From: a virus
Lineage: Duplodnaviria; Caudoviricetes
Virus record (IMG/VR): IMGVR_UViG_3300008259_000247
Coordinates: 1 to 38,745 of that record
DNA: 38,745 nucleotides
Strand: one strand, 5' to 3'
Below the pieces are notes generated by a model. The model had not been told where the DNA came from and ran no database searches. It saw only the letters and a program-made list of their open reading frames with translations. The translations under genes were made by a program, and so were the position numbers. Each line of letters opens with the position of its first letter. Positions within the stretch are counted from its first letter, which is position 1. This document shows positions 8,367 to 16,190 of the stretch, piece by piece.

Positions 8367-9104
8367 TTAATCCCTTAATAAAACCTTGCGCCAGACGGCT
8401 AACTTAAACGCCAACGCCTTCGCCCGTGGAATATTCCCTTCCTCAATCTTGCGCAAATGATTCTTGCGGTCAATTAAATTATCTGAATCAGGCTTTAATT
8501 TCAATGCAAATTCCTTAGCCTCTTCCCATAGCTTTTCCTTTTCTCCGTCCTCCCAAACAATATAGCCACGCTTAACGCAAATATCAAACCAAAAAATAGG
8601 AATGTCCTCAAAGTTCGGCGACTGAAAGTTTTTTAACTTATTATCAAAATCCTTGTCGTATTCCTCAGCAACTTTTCCCAGCCGTTTCAATCGGTCTTCC
8701 TCTTCCTTCTTTGCCTGTATATCGCTATCCATTGCAAAATATATCTTTTGCCTCCAGTTAATATAAGCGGTAAGGATTCGCCCGATAGCGTGTAAGTCAA
8801 CTTTACCGTAAAGTTTATGGTCGTTAATATCCAATTCCTGTTTGGCAAACTTTTCAAATGCCAGCCTTATTTCATCGACCGAAATCAATTTGTAGGTTGA
8901 TATAAATTCAGTTAACTCAAGCAAATGTTCTTCCTTTGCCTCAATGCCATACACGGGCAAGAGTTGATACAGAACCTGAGTTATCTTCGGGATGGCTTCC
9001 TTTGCCCCGATTTTCATAATACGTTTGTCGCGGTTGTCGATTACAAGTTGAACGTCCTGTATCTTTTCTTCCACGCGGTTTGCAATCATTGGTAAATTAT
9101 TCAT
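8367..9104 (-). CDS. Replication-associated protein (possible helicase loader, position analogous to lambda P)
   Basis: 245 aa helical protein directly downstream of the initiator; function inferred from position only. Confidence 0.45.
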   Translation of the reverse strand: MNNLPMIANRVEEKIQDVQLVIDNRDKRIMKIGAKEAIPKITQVLYQLLPVYGIEAKEEHLLELTEFISTYKLISVDEIRLAFEKFAKQELDINDHKLYGKVDLHAIGRILTAYINWRQKIYFAMDSDIQAKKEEEDRLKRLGKVAEEYDKDFDNKLKNFQSPNFEDIPIFWFDICVKRGYIVWEDGEKEKLWEEAKEFALKLKPDSDNLIDRKNHLRKIEEGNIPRAKALAFKLAVWRKVLLRD

Positions 9105-9115
9105 TTTGGTTGGTT

Positions 9116-10105
9116 TTAATCTTGATACTTTGCCATTCTTTCGGCTAACAATTCCTGAATCCTGTCATACCTTTTCTTTTCCACGGCTTCTGGGCTGGTC
9201 GTTTGGTACGCGGTAAATATCTTTGAGGACTGGCTATGTAAAATTGACGGGGTAAAGTTAGCCTTTATCCATTTATCATTTAACTTCCATGCCGCATTTA
9301 AAAATACTTTTAACGCGTCTGTCGTATTCCCTGAGCGGTCAACTTGCTCAATAAAACGCATAAGGTAAACCATACCGCCCGCATCTTTGCCGCTCATAAT
9401 GTAATGCCCGTTTTTATCGGTCGGGTACGCCGCGCCTGATAACTCTTCAAAGGTTTGGCAAAACACGGTAAAGGCTTCGTAGGTTGGGTTGGGCTTGCGC
9501 TCGGCTTTTTCTTTTTCTTTCGCGGAACTTTCTTTTTCTTTTTCAACATTTGCAATCAAGGTAAACGGGTTTACTTTGGGGCTTTGTGAATCATTAATTG
9601 TAACCTTTGAAAAGTGCGAAAACTCGTTTTCAATAATAACTGGGTTAGTAAATGTTTTTAGTACTTGGTTAGCAACTGGTATTGGTTCGCCTTTTTGAGC
9701 AAATCGATTTGCCCTTTTGGGAATATCCATTTGCCCATTTGGTAAAATGGTGTTGCCCTTTTGGTCTAATCCATTATCTGGCAAATGAAAATTGTCTGAA
9801 AGATATAAATCTTCATTAGTAAAGGCATACCAAATGGTTCTGTCATAACCAATTTTATTGTAATTACCTTTAAGTAAAATACCTTTATCAACAAGGCTTT
9901 CAATAATTCTTCGTACTTGCTTTTCACTCCAAAAGCTAAAATACAAAGTAAGTGACTTATTTGTATTATAAGTCCAATACTTGCCATCATTAAAATTATT
10001 TCCATTTGCCTTATTTAGCCTTATCCAAAATTGGAAAGATTTAATCATAATGGCTTCGTCAATACCGTAACGATTAGCAAATTCAACATTAAACGAAAAC
10101 TCCAT
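9116..10105 (-). CDS. Phage replication initiator / replisome organiser
   Basis: N-terminal winged-helix pattern (YGIDEAI...DGKYWTYNT...WSEKQVRRIIESL..KG..LKGNYNK...DRTIWY); internal iterons. Confidence 0.8.
   Translation of the reverse strand: MEFSFNVEFANRYGIDEAIMIKSFQFWIRLNKANGNNFNDGKYWTYNTNKSLTLYFSFWSEKQVRRIIESLVDKGILLKGNYNKIGYDRTIWYAFTNEDLYLSDNFHLPDNGLDQKGNTILPNGQMDIPKRANRFAQKGEPIPVANQVLKTFTNPVIIENEFSHFSKVTINDSQSPKVNPFTLIANVEKEKESSAKEKEKAERKPNPTYEAFTVFCQTFEELSGAAYPTDKNGHYIMSGKDAGGMVYLMRFIEQVDRSGNTTDALKVFLNAAWKLNDKWIKANFTPSILHSQSSKIFTAYQTTSPEAVEKKRYDRIQELLAERMAKYQD
9686..9765. repeat. Four iterons, putative origin of replication
   Basis: TTCGCCTTTTTGAG, TTTGCCCTTTTGGG, TTTGCCCATTTGGT and GTTGCCCTTTTGGT at 9686, 9708, 9730 and 9752 (exact 22-bp period). 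Confidence 0.8.
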
Positions 10106-10110
10106 AATTT

Positions 10111-10211
10111 AAAAATAAAAAACCCAGAAGGTGCAAGACAACTGGGTTTAGGTGAAACAATGCGGAATTGTCTCAAAGTTCTTTTGAATGACTTGCACCT
10201 CGTTCAAAAGA
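10111..10211 (-). ncRNA. Three-hairpin kissing-loop leader RNA with terminator, copy 1
   Basis: Hairpin 1 loop AGGUGCAAG is complementary to terminator loop CUUGCACCU; TAAATTTG promoter box at 10218-10225. Confidence 0.7.
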
Positions 10212-10214
10212 GTT

Positions 10215-10718
10215 TTACAAATTTAACAAATTTTCCTTAGGTATTACATTTAATTGGGCAAATTCACCATGATACTTTAAAGCAGCATAATTATACGCTT
10301 TGGCGGCATCATTTATATTTTTATAATAACCTAAATTAACTTTATTTTTATTATACATAATTTCAGCCTTCCAAGTGTTGTTTCGTTTCCAATGAATTAC
10401 GCCCTTGTACCCGCTTAAATTTTTAACTGTTTTATTCCTATTCATTAAATTTTGACTATGCGTACAAATTCTAAGATTCTCTTTTTGATTATCAAGGGTA
10501 AAATGGTTAACATGGTCGACAACATATCCCTTTGCTGGTTTCATTATAAATCGATGCATGGATATTTTTTCATAATTACCATTTACGTTTTTTATATTTC
10601 TATATGCATAAAAATTATTTGAATCTTTACAAACGTGCCACTTAAACTGATTCAAATACTCAAACATATCATCGTCGACCAGCGCGACCTTGCCTTGAGT
10701 TAATTGTATTTCTTTCAT
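10215..10718 (-). CDS. HNH homing endonuclease with AP2 domain
   Basis: IQLTQGKVALVDD, MHRFIM, VDHVN..TLDN..ENLR..T..QN and GYKGV...W.A.I...NLGYY..INDAAKAYN.AA...HGEFA. Confidence 0.92.
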   Translation of the reverse strand: MKEIQLTQGKVALVDDDMFEYLNQFKWHVCKDSNNFYAYRNIKNVNGNYEKISMHRFIMKPAKGYVVDHVNHFTLDNQKENLRICTHSQNLMNRNKTVKNLSGYKGVIHWKRNNTWKAEIMYNKNKVNLGYYKNINDAAKAYNYAALKYHGEFAQLNVIPKENLLNL

Positions 10719-10725
10719 AAGTTAT

Positions 10726-10824
10726 AAAATAAAAAAACCCGTTAAAGGCACTACTCTTTACGGGTTTAGTGAGGTAAATGATTTCCTCAAATACCTTTTG
10801 CGGGGTAGTGCTTCCAGCAAAAAG
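10726..10824 (-). ncRNA. Three-hairpin kissing-loop leader RNA with terminator, copy 2
   Basis: Hairpin 1 loop GCACUAC is complementary to terminator loop GUAGUGC; TATATTTG promoter box at 10830-10837. Confidence 0.7.
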
Positions 10825-10951
10825 TTTTACAAATATAATAATTTTCCTTTAAATTATACATTTTTTTAAACGTATCGAAATCGACACCTTTTAAAATTAC
10901 ACCGTTCCATCCCTTTATCAACACACGGTGCAGCATTGCTCAACCTTCGGG

Positions 10952-11030
10952 TGGTAAGTACAAGGGTGGGATTTGAACCCACAATATCAGCCGCGGTCGC
11001 CGCTTTGCGCTACCTATCCGCTACCTTGCG
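10952..11030 (-). tRNA. tRNA-like element or pseudo-tRNA with atypical anticodon arm
   Basis: T arm GTGGG-TTCAAAT-CCCAC; acceptor GCAAGG/CCTTGT; T8-A9 and D arm GCG-GATAGGTAG-CGC; no U33 and poor anticodon stem. Confidence 0.55.
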
Positions 11031-11033
11031 CCT

Positions 11034-11097
11034 CAAAGATAGAAATAATTTTGCTAAAAATAATATTTAATTTATAAAATAATAAAGTTTATCTTTG
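11034..11097. promoter_or_regulatory. Divergent Bacteroidota-type promoters
   Basis: TATCTTTG on the minus strand (11034-11041) and on the plus strand (11090-11097), separated by an AT-rich spacer at the strand switch. Confidence 0.75.
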
Positions 11098-11101
11098 CCC
11101 T

Positions 11102-11803
11102 ATGAATTACCTAGTTATTACCTCAATTACTGGAAACAAAGACGTTTTGGTTGACCCTGATAGCACCTTTGATAATTGTACCTACGTCGCCTTTGTCGAT
11201 GAAATTAACCACAACCTTAACGTCTGGAATCAGGTAAAGAACCATGAGTTTTCCATGATTGACCCGCTGAGGCATAGGCGCAACGCGAAGGCTGAAAAGA
11301 TACTTTGCATTCCTCAGGTAATGGACACGGCTTTTGATTATATCATTTGGCATGATGGCACGCACCAACTGGCGATGAACCCAGCAGATATTATAAAAGA
11401 ATATGGCGACGCTGATTTGTACCTTTTTCGCCATGCGCAAAGACGTTGTTTATATCAGGAAATTGCCGCCGTGCTTGAGGCAAAGTTGGATAATGAAGAC
11501 CTCGTTAAAAGCCAAATGGAATTTTATCAGCGCGTTGGAATGCCGCCCTACTTTGGGCTTTATGAAATGGGGTGCTACATTCGAAAGGTAAATCAAGTGA
11601 CGATTGACTTTGGCTTGGCTTGGTTTGAACAAGTATGCAAGTATTCCAGCCGCGACCAACTTAGTTTCCCTTTCGTGTTATGGAACTTTGAGGAAAAGCT
11701 GAGGGTAAAAATCCTTAAAGGCAACTGTTCAAAGTATATCGGCACGCCGTTTGAAAATGAGGGGAACAAATATTTTACTAACCACGCAAACCATATCAAA
11801 TGA
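11102..11803 (+). CDS. DUF616 (TOD1/MUCI70-like) glycosyltransferase
   Basis: TSITG..D.L, K-I-L..P, YIIWHDG, FRH..R.CLYQE and SRDQLSFPFVLW motifs. Confidence 0.8.
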   Translation: MNYLVITSITGNKDVLVDPDSTFDNCTYVAFVDEINHNLNVWNQVKNHEFSMIDPLRHRRNAKAEKILCIPQVMDTAFDYIIWHDGTHQLAMNPADIIKEYGDADLYLFRHAQRRCLYQEIAAVLEAKLDNEDLVKSQMEFYQRVGMPPYFGLYEMGCYIRKVNQVTIDFGLAWFEQVCKYSSRDQLSFPFVLWNFEEKLRVKILKGNCSKYIGTPFENEGNKYFTNHANHIK

Positions 11804-12909
11804 TACCATTATTCAAAGTAGCGATGAACCCAACGGCAGATAAATCGGTGGGAAAAGTTTTGTCCTCAGGCTTCATCGGTCAGGGCGAAGTCGTTGAAAA
11901 ATTTGAATTAGATTTAAAAATATGTTTTAATAACCCTTACCTCGTAACGGTAAATTCTGGAACGTCTGCCTTAACCTTGGCATTAAGGATAATTAAGGAC
12001 AAACACCCAGAAAAGAAATACATTATATCAACCCCGTTGACTTGCACGGCGACCAACTGGGCAATCTTAGCGGCTGGGTTTGAAATCATTTGGGCAGACA
12101 TTGAACCAAACACTTTAAATATTTGCCCTTTGTCGGTTGCTAAATGCGTGACTCCTTTAGTCGCAGCCGTTATGGTTGTTCATTGGGGCGGGGCAGCGGC
12201 AGACGTAAAGAAAATCAAGGCATTAACGGGGTTAGATATAATCGAGGATTGCGCCCACGCCTTCGGGTCTTATTATGAATTGCCAGCGACTCAGGACGAA
12301 GGCACAAAGGTTGGTAACTCAGGAAATTATTGTTGTTTTTCCTTTCAGGCGATAAAACATCTGACCACGGGTGACGGCGGAATGTTAATTTTACCAAACG
12401 AGGAAGAATATAAAAAGGCAAAGTTGCTTCGGTGGTATGGTATTGACCGTGAAGGCGACCGAAAGGACTTTCGTTGCGAAGAACCAATAAAGGATTGGGG
12501 CTATAAGTTTCACATGAATGACATAAACGCCGCTATTGGTATTGAGAATTTAAAAATAGTTGGCGATAATATCAGAAGGCATATAAACAACGCTGGGTTT
12601 TACGACTATTGGCTAAATGCAAATGACACAAAAATAAATACTTTGGATTACGACGAAGGTTCGGCTTATTGGATATATTCTATATTGGTTGAGGATAGAG
12701 ATAATTTCCAGCGGGCGATGAAAAACCGTGGCGTTATGACCTCGCAAGTCCATGAGCGCAACGATTTACACCCATGTGTAGCAAAGTACAGAACAGAACT
12801 GCCAAACCTTGAAAAGGTTATTGGAAAACTTAGCAGCATTCCCGTTGGTTGGTGGGTGACGGACGAGGATAGAGAATATATTGTTGAACAGATAAAAAAA
12901 GGTTGGTAA
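11800..12909 (+). CDS. DegT/DnrJ/EryC1/StrS PLP-dependent sugar aminotransferase
   Basis: VNSGTSAL, IIEDCAHAFG and FSFQAIKHLTTGDGG (PLP lysine). Confidence 0.93.
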   Translation: MIPLFKVAMNPTADKSVGKVLSSGFIGQGEVVEKFELDLKICFNNPYLVTVNSGTSALTLALRIIKDKHPEKKYIISTPLTCTATNWAILAAGFEIIWADIEPNTLNICPLSVAKCVTPLVAAVMVVHWGGAAADVKKIKALTGLDIIEDCAHAFGSYYELPATQDEGTKVGNSGNYCCFSFQAIKHLTTGDGGMLILPNEEEYKKAKLLRWYGIDREGDRKDFRCEEPIKDWGYKFHMNDINAAIGIENLKIVGDNIRRHINNAGFYDYWLNANDTKINTLDYDEGSAYWIYSILVEDRDNFQRAMKNRGVMTSQVHERNDLHPCVAKYRTELPNLEKVIGKLSSIPVGWWVTDEDREYIVEQIKKGW

Positions 12910-13160
12910 TGGAACATAATTTATTATTTTATGTCAATGTTTTCGAAGAATTTCATTTAAAATTTAAACAACCAATGACAAGATTTGCAATGATTTACGG
13001 TATTAATTATTTTACTGAGGATGAAATAACAAAAATAATTATACTATCAAAAATATCAAATCAAAAAAAGATTAATGCAAAAAAAACATATAGACGAATA
13101 AAAACAAAGGTTGACAATTTTTATATAGGGTTTGAAAATTACTTAAAACAAAAAGCATGA
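12909..13160 (+). CDS. Hypothetical protein, very AT-rich
   Basis: TAATG overlap upstream and ATGA overlap downstream. Confidence 0.55.
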   Translation: MEHNLLFYVNVFEEFHLKFKQPMTRFAMIYGINYFTEDEITKIIILSKISNQKKINAKKTYRRIKTKVDNFYIGFENYLKQKA

Positions 13161-13540
13161 TTAAATTAATTGTTTCGGGTCGCGTCGGTCAGGACGCTGA
13201 GGTTAAGAACGTGGGAGATAACACAGTTTGTTCTTTTTCCGTTGCACACACGGAAAAGGTATACGGGGCGACACCGTCGGAAAAGACGATTTGGGTGACT
13301 GCCTCAATTTGGGGTGAACGTGGAATTAAGCTTGCACCTCACATTCTAAAAGGTACTTATGTGGTAATAGAAGGTTCTGGCAGCGTTAATGGATACCTAA
13401 ATAAAAATACTGGAACGGCTGAGGCGGTTATAAGATGTATGGTTAATTCACTTGAATTTGGCGGTAAACCAACGGCGGGGGAAAGTCCTAAGGTATCAGA
13501 GGCAACAACTTTTAAAGCTGAATCAGATTTCCCTTTCTAA
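13157..13540 (+). CDS. ssb: Single-stranded DNA-binding protein
   Basis: GRVGQDAEVK, FSVA, W...W G...L.KG..V.IEG and acidic C-terminal DFPF tail. Confidence 0.92.
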   Translation: MIKLIVSGRVGQDAEVKNVGDNTVCSFSVAHTEKVYGATPSEKTIWVTASIWGERGIKLAPHILKGTYVVIEGSGSVNGYLNKNTGTAEAVIRCMVNSLEFGGKPTAGESPKVSEATTFKAESDFPF

Positions 13541-14079
13541 TGGCATATTTTAACTACAACATACCCTCAAGTTACCAAAAGAATAACATTGGTAAAACCC
13601 TTTACAACACGGTTCTTACAATGAATCCAACTTGGATAATTGAGTTCGGCACGTTGCACGGTTATTCAGCCGTCGCAATGGCTCAGGCTTTACGGGATTT
13701 AGGAAGCGATACGGTTATAATGTGTCATGACCTTTGGCAAAATTACCCGTACAAACATACGTCAATGGAAAAGACGCAATACACCATTGATAAATTGGGA
13801 CTTACAAAATATATTGAGTTGGTTGAACTTGATTTTTATAATTGGACGCCATACCCTTTTGACTTGATGCACTTTGATATAAGCAACCACGCGGGACACT
13901 TAAAGTATTTGAAAAGTTTGAAAGAATATCATTTTTTAAATGGGACAATTCTTTTTGAAGGCGGGAGTAAGGAAAGGGACAAAGTAGAATGGATGAAAGA
14001 TTTTCAGCCAATTAATTCATCGGGTATAAACTTTATTACGATTAACGAGGACTTCCCTTCTTTATCTTTGCTTTTATGA
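13540..14079 (+). CDS. Class I SAM-dependent methyltransferase (Methyltransf_24-like)
   Basis: IIEFGTLHGYSA motif I, acidic residue after strand 2 (HDLW), FDLMHFDISNH. Confidence 0.8.
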   Translation: MAYFNYNIPSSYQKNNIGKTLYNTVLTMNPTWIIEFGTLHGYSAVAMAQALRDLGSDTVIMCHDLWQNYPYKHTSMEKTQYTIDKLGLTKYIELVELDFYNWTPYPFDLMHFDISNHAGHLKYLKSLKEYHFLNGTILFEGGSKERDKVEWMKDFQPINSSGINFITINEDFPSLSLLL

Positions 14080-14780
14080 AATTAGCCGTTGTTGCCTCAG
14101 GTTGGCATTTCCCCTTAGATTTCTATGAATCAGTCGCACGGCAAATCGTGGTCAAAGACTGGCAGTACGATTTGTTTTGCATCTCACACCGTGACCCGAA
14201 GTATTCAAAGGAAGAAAAGAAAGATTTGAACCTAAAGGATTTGGACACGATTCTTTATAAAGACATTGCAACGATTGAGCAGATAAAACACTTGGGTTGG
14301 AATTATAAAGAATACCCAAACACGGTCGGGGACTGGGGTTGTTCAAACCAATGGTTGGAAGAACACAATTTCACGGAATACGATTTGCTTTTGTTTACTC
14401 ATGATGACAATTTCATTCATAATTATAAATGGTTTGGCAACATCATTCACTTTATGAACGGGGACTGGGAAATACTTAGTAATTCGTGCGGCGACCCTGT
14501 TGGGTGGCTTCGTGGGTCATGCGAGTTCTTTAAACCGTCTTTGCTTCATAAGATAGGCGGCAAGTTTGATTTATCCTTAGTTGACCTCAATCGGGAAGGG
14601 GAAATATATTCGCCTGATAAATGGGCGGATTTGTTTGACTGGAACAACACGGTACACCCGTTGATGAAATTTATATCAGACAATAAGATAAGCGTTGGTC
14701 ATTTGTCAAAGACATACCGACATTCAATGTTTGTGTCTGAGGGTGAGCGTGGATTTATTTCCCCTATTTTAAAAAAATAA
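14076..14780 (+). CDS. GT-A fold glycosyltransferase-like protein
   Basis: PNTVGDWG...N and YDLLLFTHDDN (DxD-like) motifs; located in the sugar cluster. Confidence 0.6.
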   Translation: MKLAVVASGWHFPLDFYESVARQIVVKDWQYDLFCISHRDPKYSKEEKKDLNLKDLDTILYKDIATIEQIKHLGWNYKEYPNTVGDWGCSNQWLEEHNFTEYDLLLFTHDDNFIHNYKWFGNIIHFMNGDWEILSNSCGDPVGWLRGSCEFFKPSLLHKIGGKFDLSLVDLNREGEIYSPDKWADLFDWNNTVHPLMKFISDNKISVGHLSKTYRHSMFVSEGERGFISPILKK

Positions 14781-14809
14781 TATTATATTTGTATAATAAT
14801 TTAAAAAAA

Positions 14810-14980
14810 ATGAACACAACGAAACCTCAGGAAATGTACGGGGTAACCTTTAGAAACAAGGTTATAAGGCAGCGGCTACTTGACATTCAATACGATTTAT
14901 GGAAGGCAACAGGGCGCAAGCACTCAATGGAGTTGGTACTGGAAGTCTTATTAGATTCCTATAAAAACCGCCATAAATGA
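14810..14980 (+). CDS. Small basic protein, possible ribbon-helix-helix regulator
   Basis: Beta-alpha-alpha pattern (YGVTFR / helix / SMELVLEVLL); TATATTTG box at 14784-14791. Confidence 0.45.
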   Translation: MNTTKPQEMYGVTFRNKVIRQRLLDIQYDLWKATGRKHSMELVLEVLLDSYKNRHK

Positions 14981-15981
14981 GAATAGGCATTGTCTGTAAT
15001 CTAAGCAGCCCAACGACCGACTATTATCGCACGGTTAATCCATTTATTAGGCTTAGGGAAGTCTTCCCTCAGTTCGTCATAAAGATGATTAACCCTGACA
15101 CGGTCAAGTGGTACGATTTTTATGACGTCGATGTTGTTATCTTTCAGCGTGCCAACGGCAACGATTTACTTGGCATGATTAATGAGGTCAAGCGAATGGG
15201 TAAGAAAATTATCTTAGACCATGACGACCTATTGCACGAGGTAAGCGCGGCGAACCCAGCAAGCCAACATTTCAACAAGCCTCAGGTAAAGGAATCAGTC
15301 GAAAAGGCTTTTAAATACGCTGACTGGGTTATGACCTCAACCCCGTACTTAAAGGAATTTTACTCCCAGTTTTACGATAAAGACAAGATTACGATTGTCC
15401 CCAATGCGATTGATTTCACGGTGACACCGATGCAGCCCGTGAAAAGGGATAAGTTGATGGACGCAAAGAAAAGGGTCATTTGGCGGGGAAGTCAAACGCA
15501 CTTGGAAGACCTTGCCACGGTTAAAAACTTTTGGGTTGAGTTGCAGAAAAACGATAAGGTTGAATTAGGAATGGTCGGATTAGCTGATTGGCTTGGCAAA
15601 ACATTGTATCCCAAAGCAATTATTGTGCCGTGGAACAATTCCTTATTCCAGTATTTTGAAATGGTGAAGAACTCAGCGCCGCACTACGGCGTATTCCCGT
15701 TGACGAACGACAATTTTAATCAGGCAAAGTCAAATAACTTTGCGATGGAAATGTTGGTTGCGGGTTGTATTTCCTACGCGCCTGAGGAGATAAAGGAATT
15801 TAACATTGCTGGGGTGCGCACATACAAAAACGAATTGGATTTAATCCACAAATTTACTAAGGCATTGGATAAAGATGATGCGTACTTTGTTGACTTAGAG
15901 GCTGGGCGCAAGTGGTTGCAAGAGGAAAGGGACTTAAAAAAGATAAATATTTTAAGATTGGCAATAATGGAAAGTATATGA
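14977..15981 (+). CDS. GT-B fold (GT4-like) glycosyltransferase
   Basis: YYR...P, DVVIFQR, ILDHDDL, ADWVMTSTPYL, IVPNAID, WRGS.TH..D and PL..DNFNQAKSN...E. Confidence 0.82.
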   Translation: MRIGIVCNLSSPTTDYYRTVNPFIRLREVFPQFVIKMINPDTVKWYDFYDVDVVIFQRANGNDLLGMINEVKRMGKKIILDHDDLLHEVSAANPASQHFNKPQVKESVEKAFKYADWVMTSTPYLKEFYSQFYDKDKITIVPNAIDFTVTPMQPVKRDKLMDAKKRVIWRGSQTHLEDLATVKNFWVELQKNDKVELGMVGLADWLGKTLYPKAIIVPWNNSLFQYFEMVKNSAPHYGVFPLTNDNFNQAKSNNFAMEMLVAGCISYAPEEIKEFNIAGVRTYKNELDLIHKFTKALDKDDAYFVDLEAGRKWLQEERDLKKINILRLAIMESI

Positions 15982-16190
15982 GCAAAAAAGAAAGCACGGT
16001 TGAGGATTTGTATAATTTGCATAAGTCTGGGGGAAATGAACCACAATGCTCAGGTGGTTTTTATGACTCTGAACAAGAAAGACGGTGGAAAGAAAGGGCG
16101 GCTGAAATTAATGCACAAAGGCGGTTGGAAAAGAAAATTGAAACAAAGATTTACAAGCGATTAATTAAAGAGTTGCTAAAGAAAATATGA
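15978..16190 (+). CDS. Hypothetical protein
   Basis: MSKKEST start with ATGA overlaps on both sides. Confidence 0.55.
   Translation: MSKKESTVEDLYNLHKSGGNEPQCSGGFYDSEQERRWKERAAEINAQRRLEKKIETKIYKRLIKELLKKI

Noticed and set aside
9686-9765. Mini CRISPR array
   Set aside because: The 22-bp period is too short and lies in a coding region; iterons fit better
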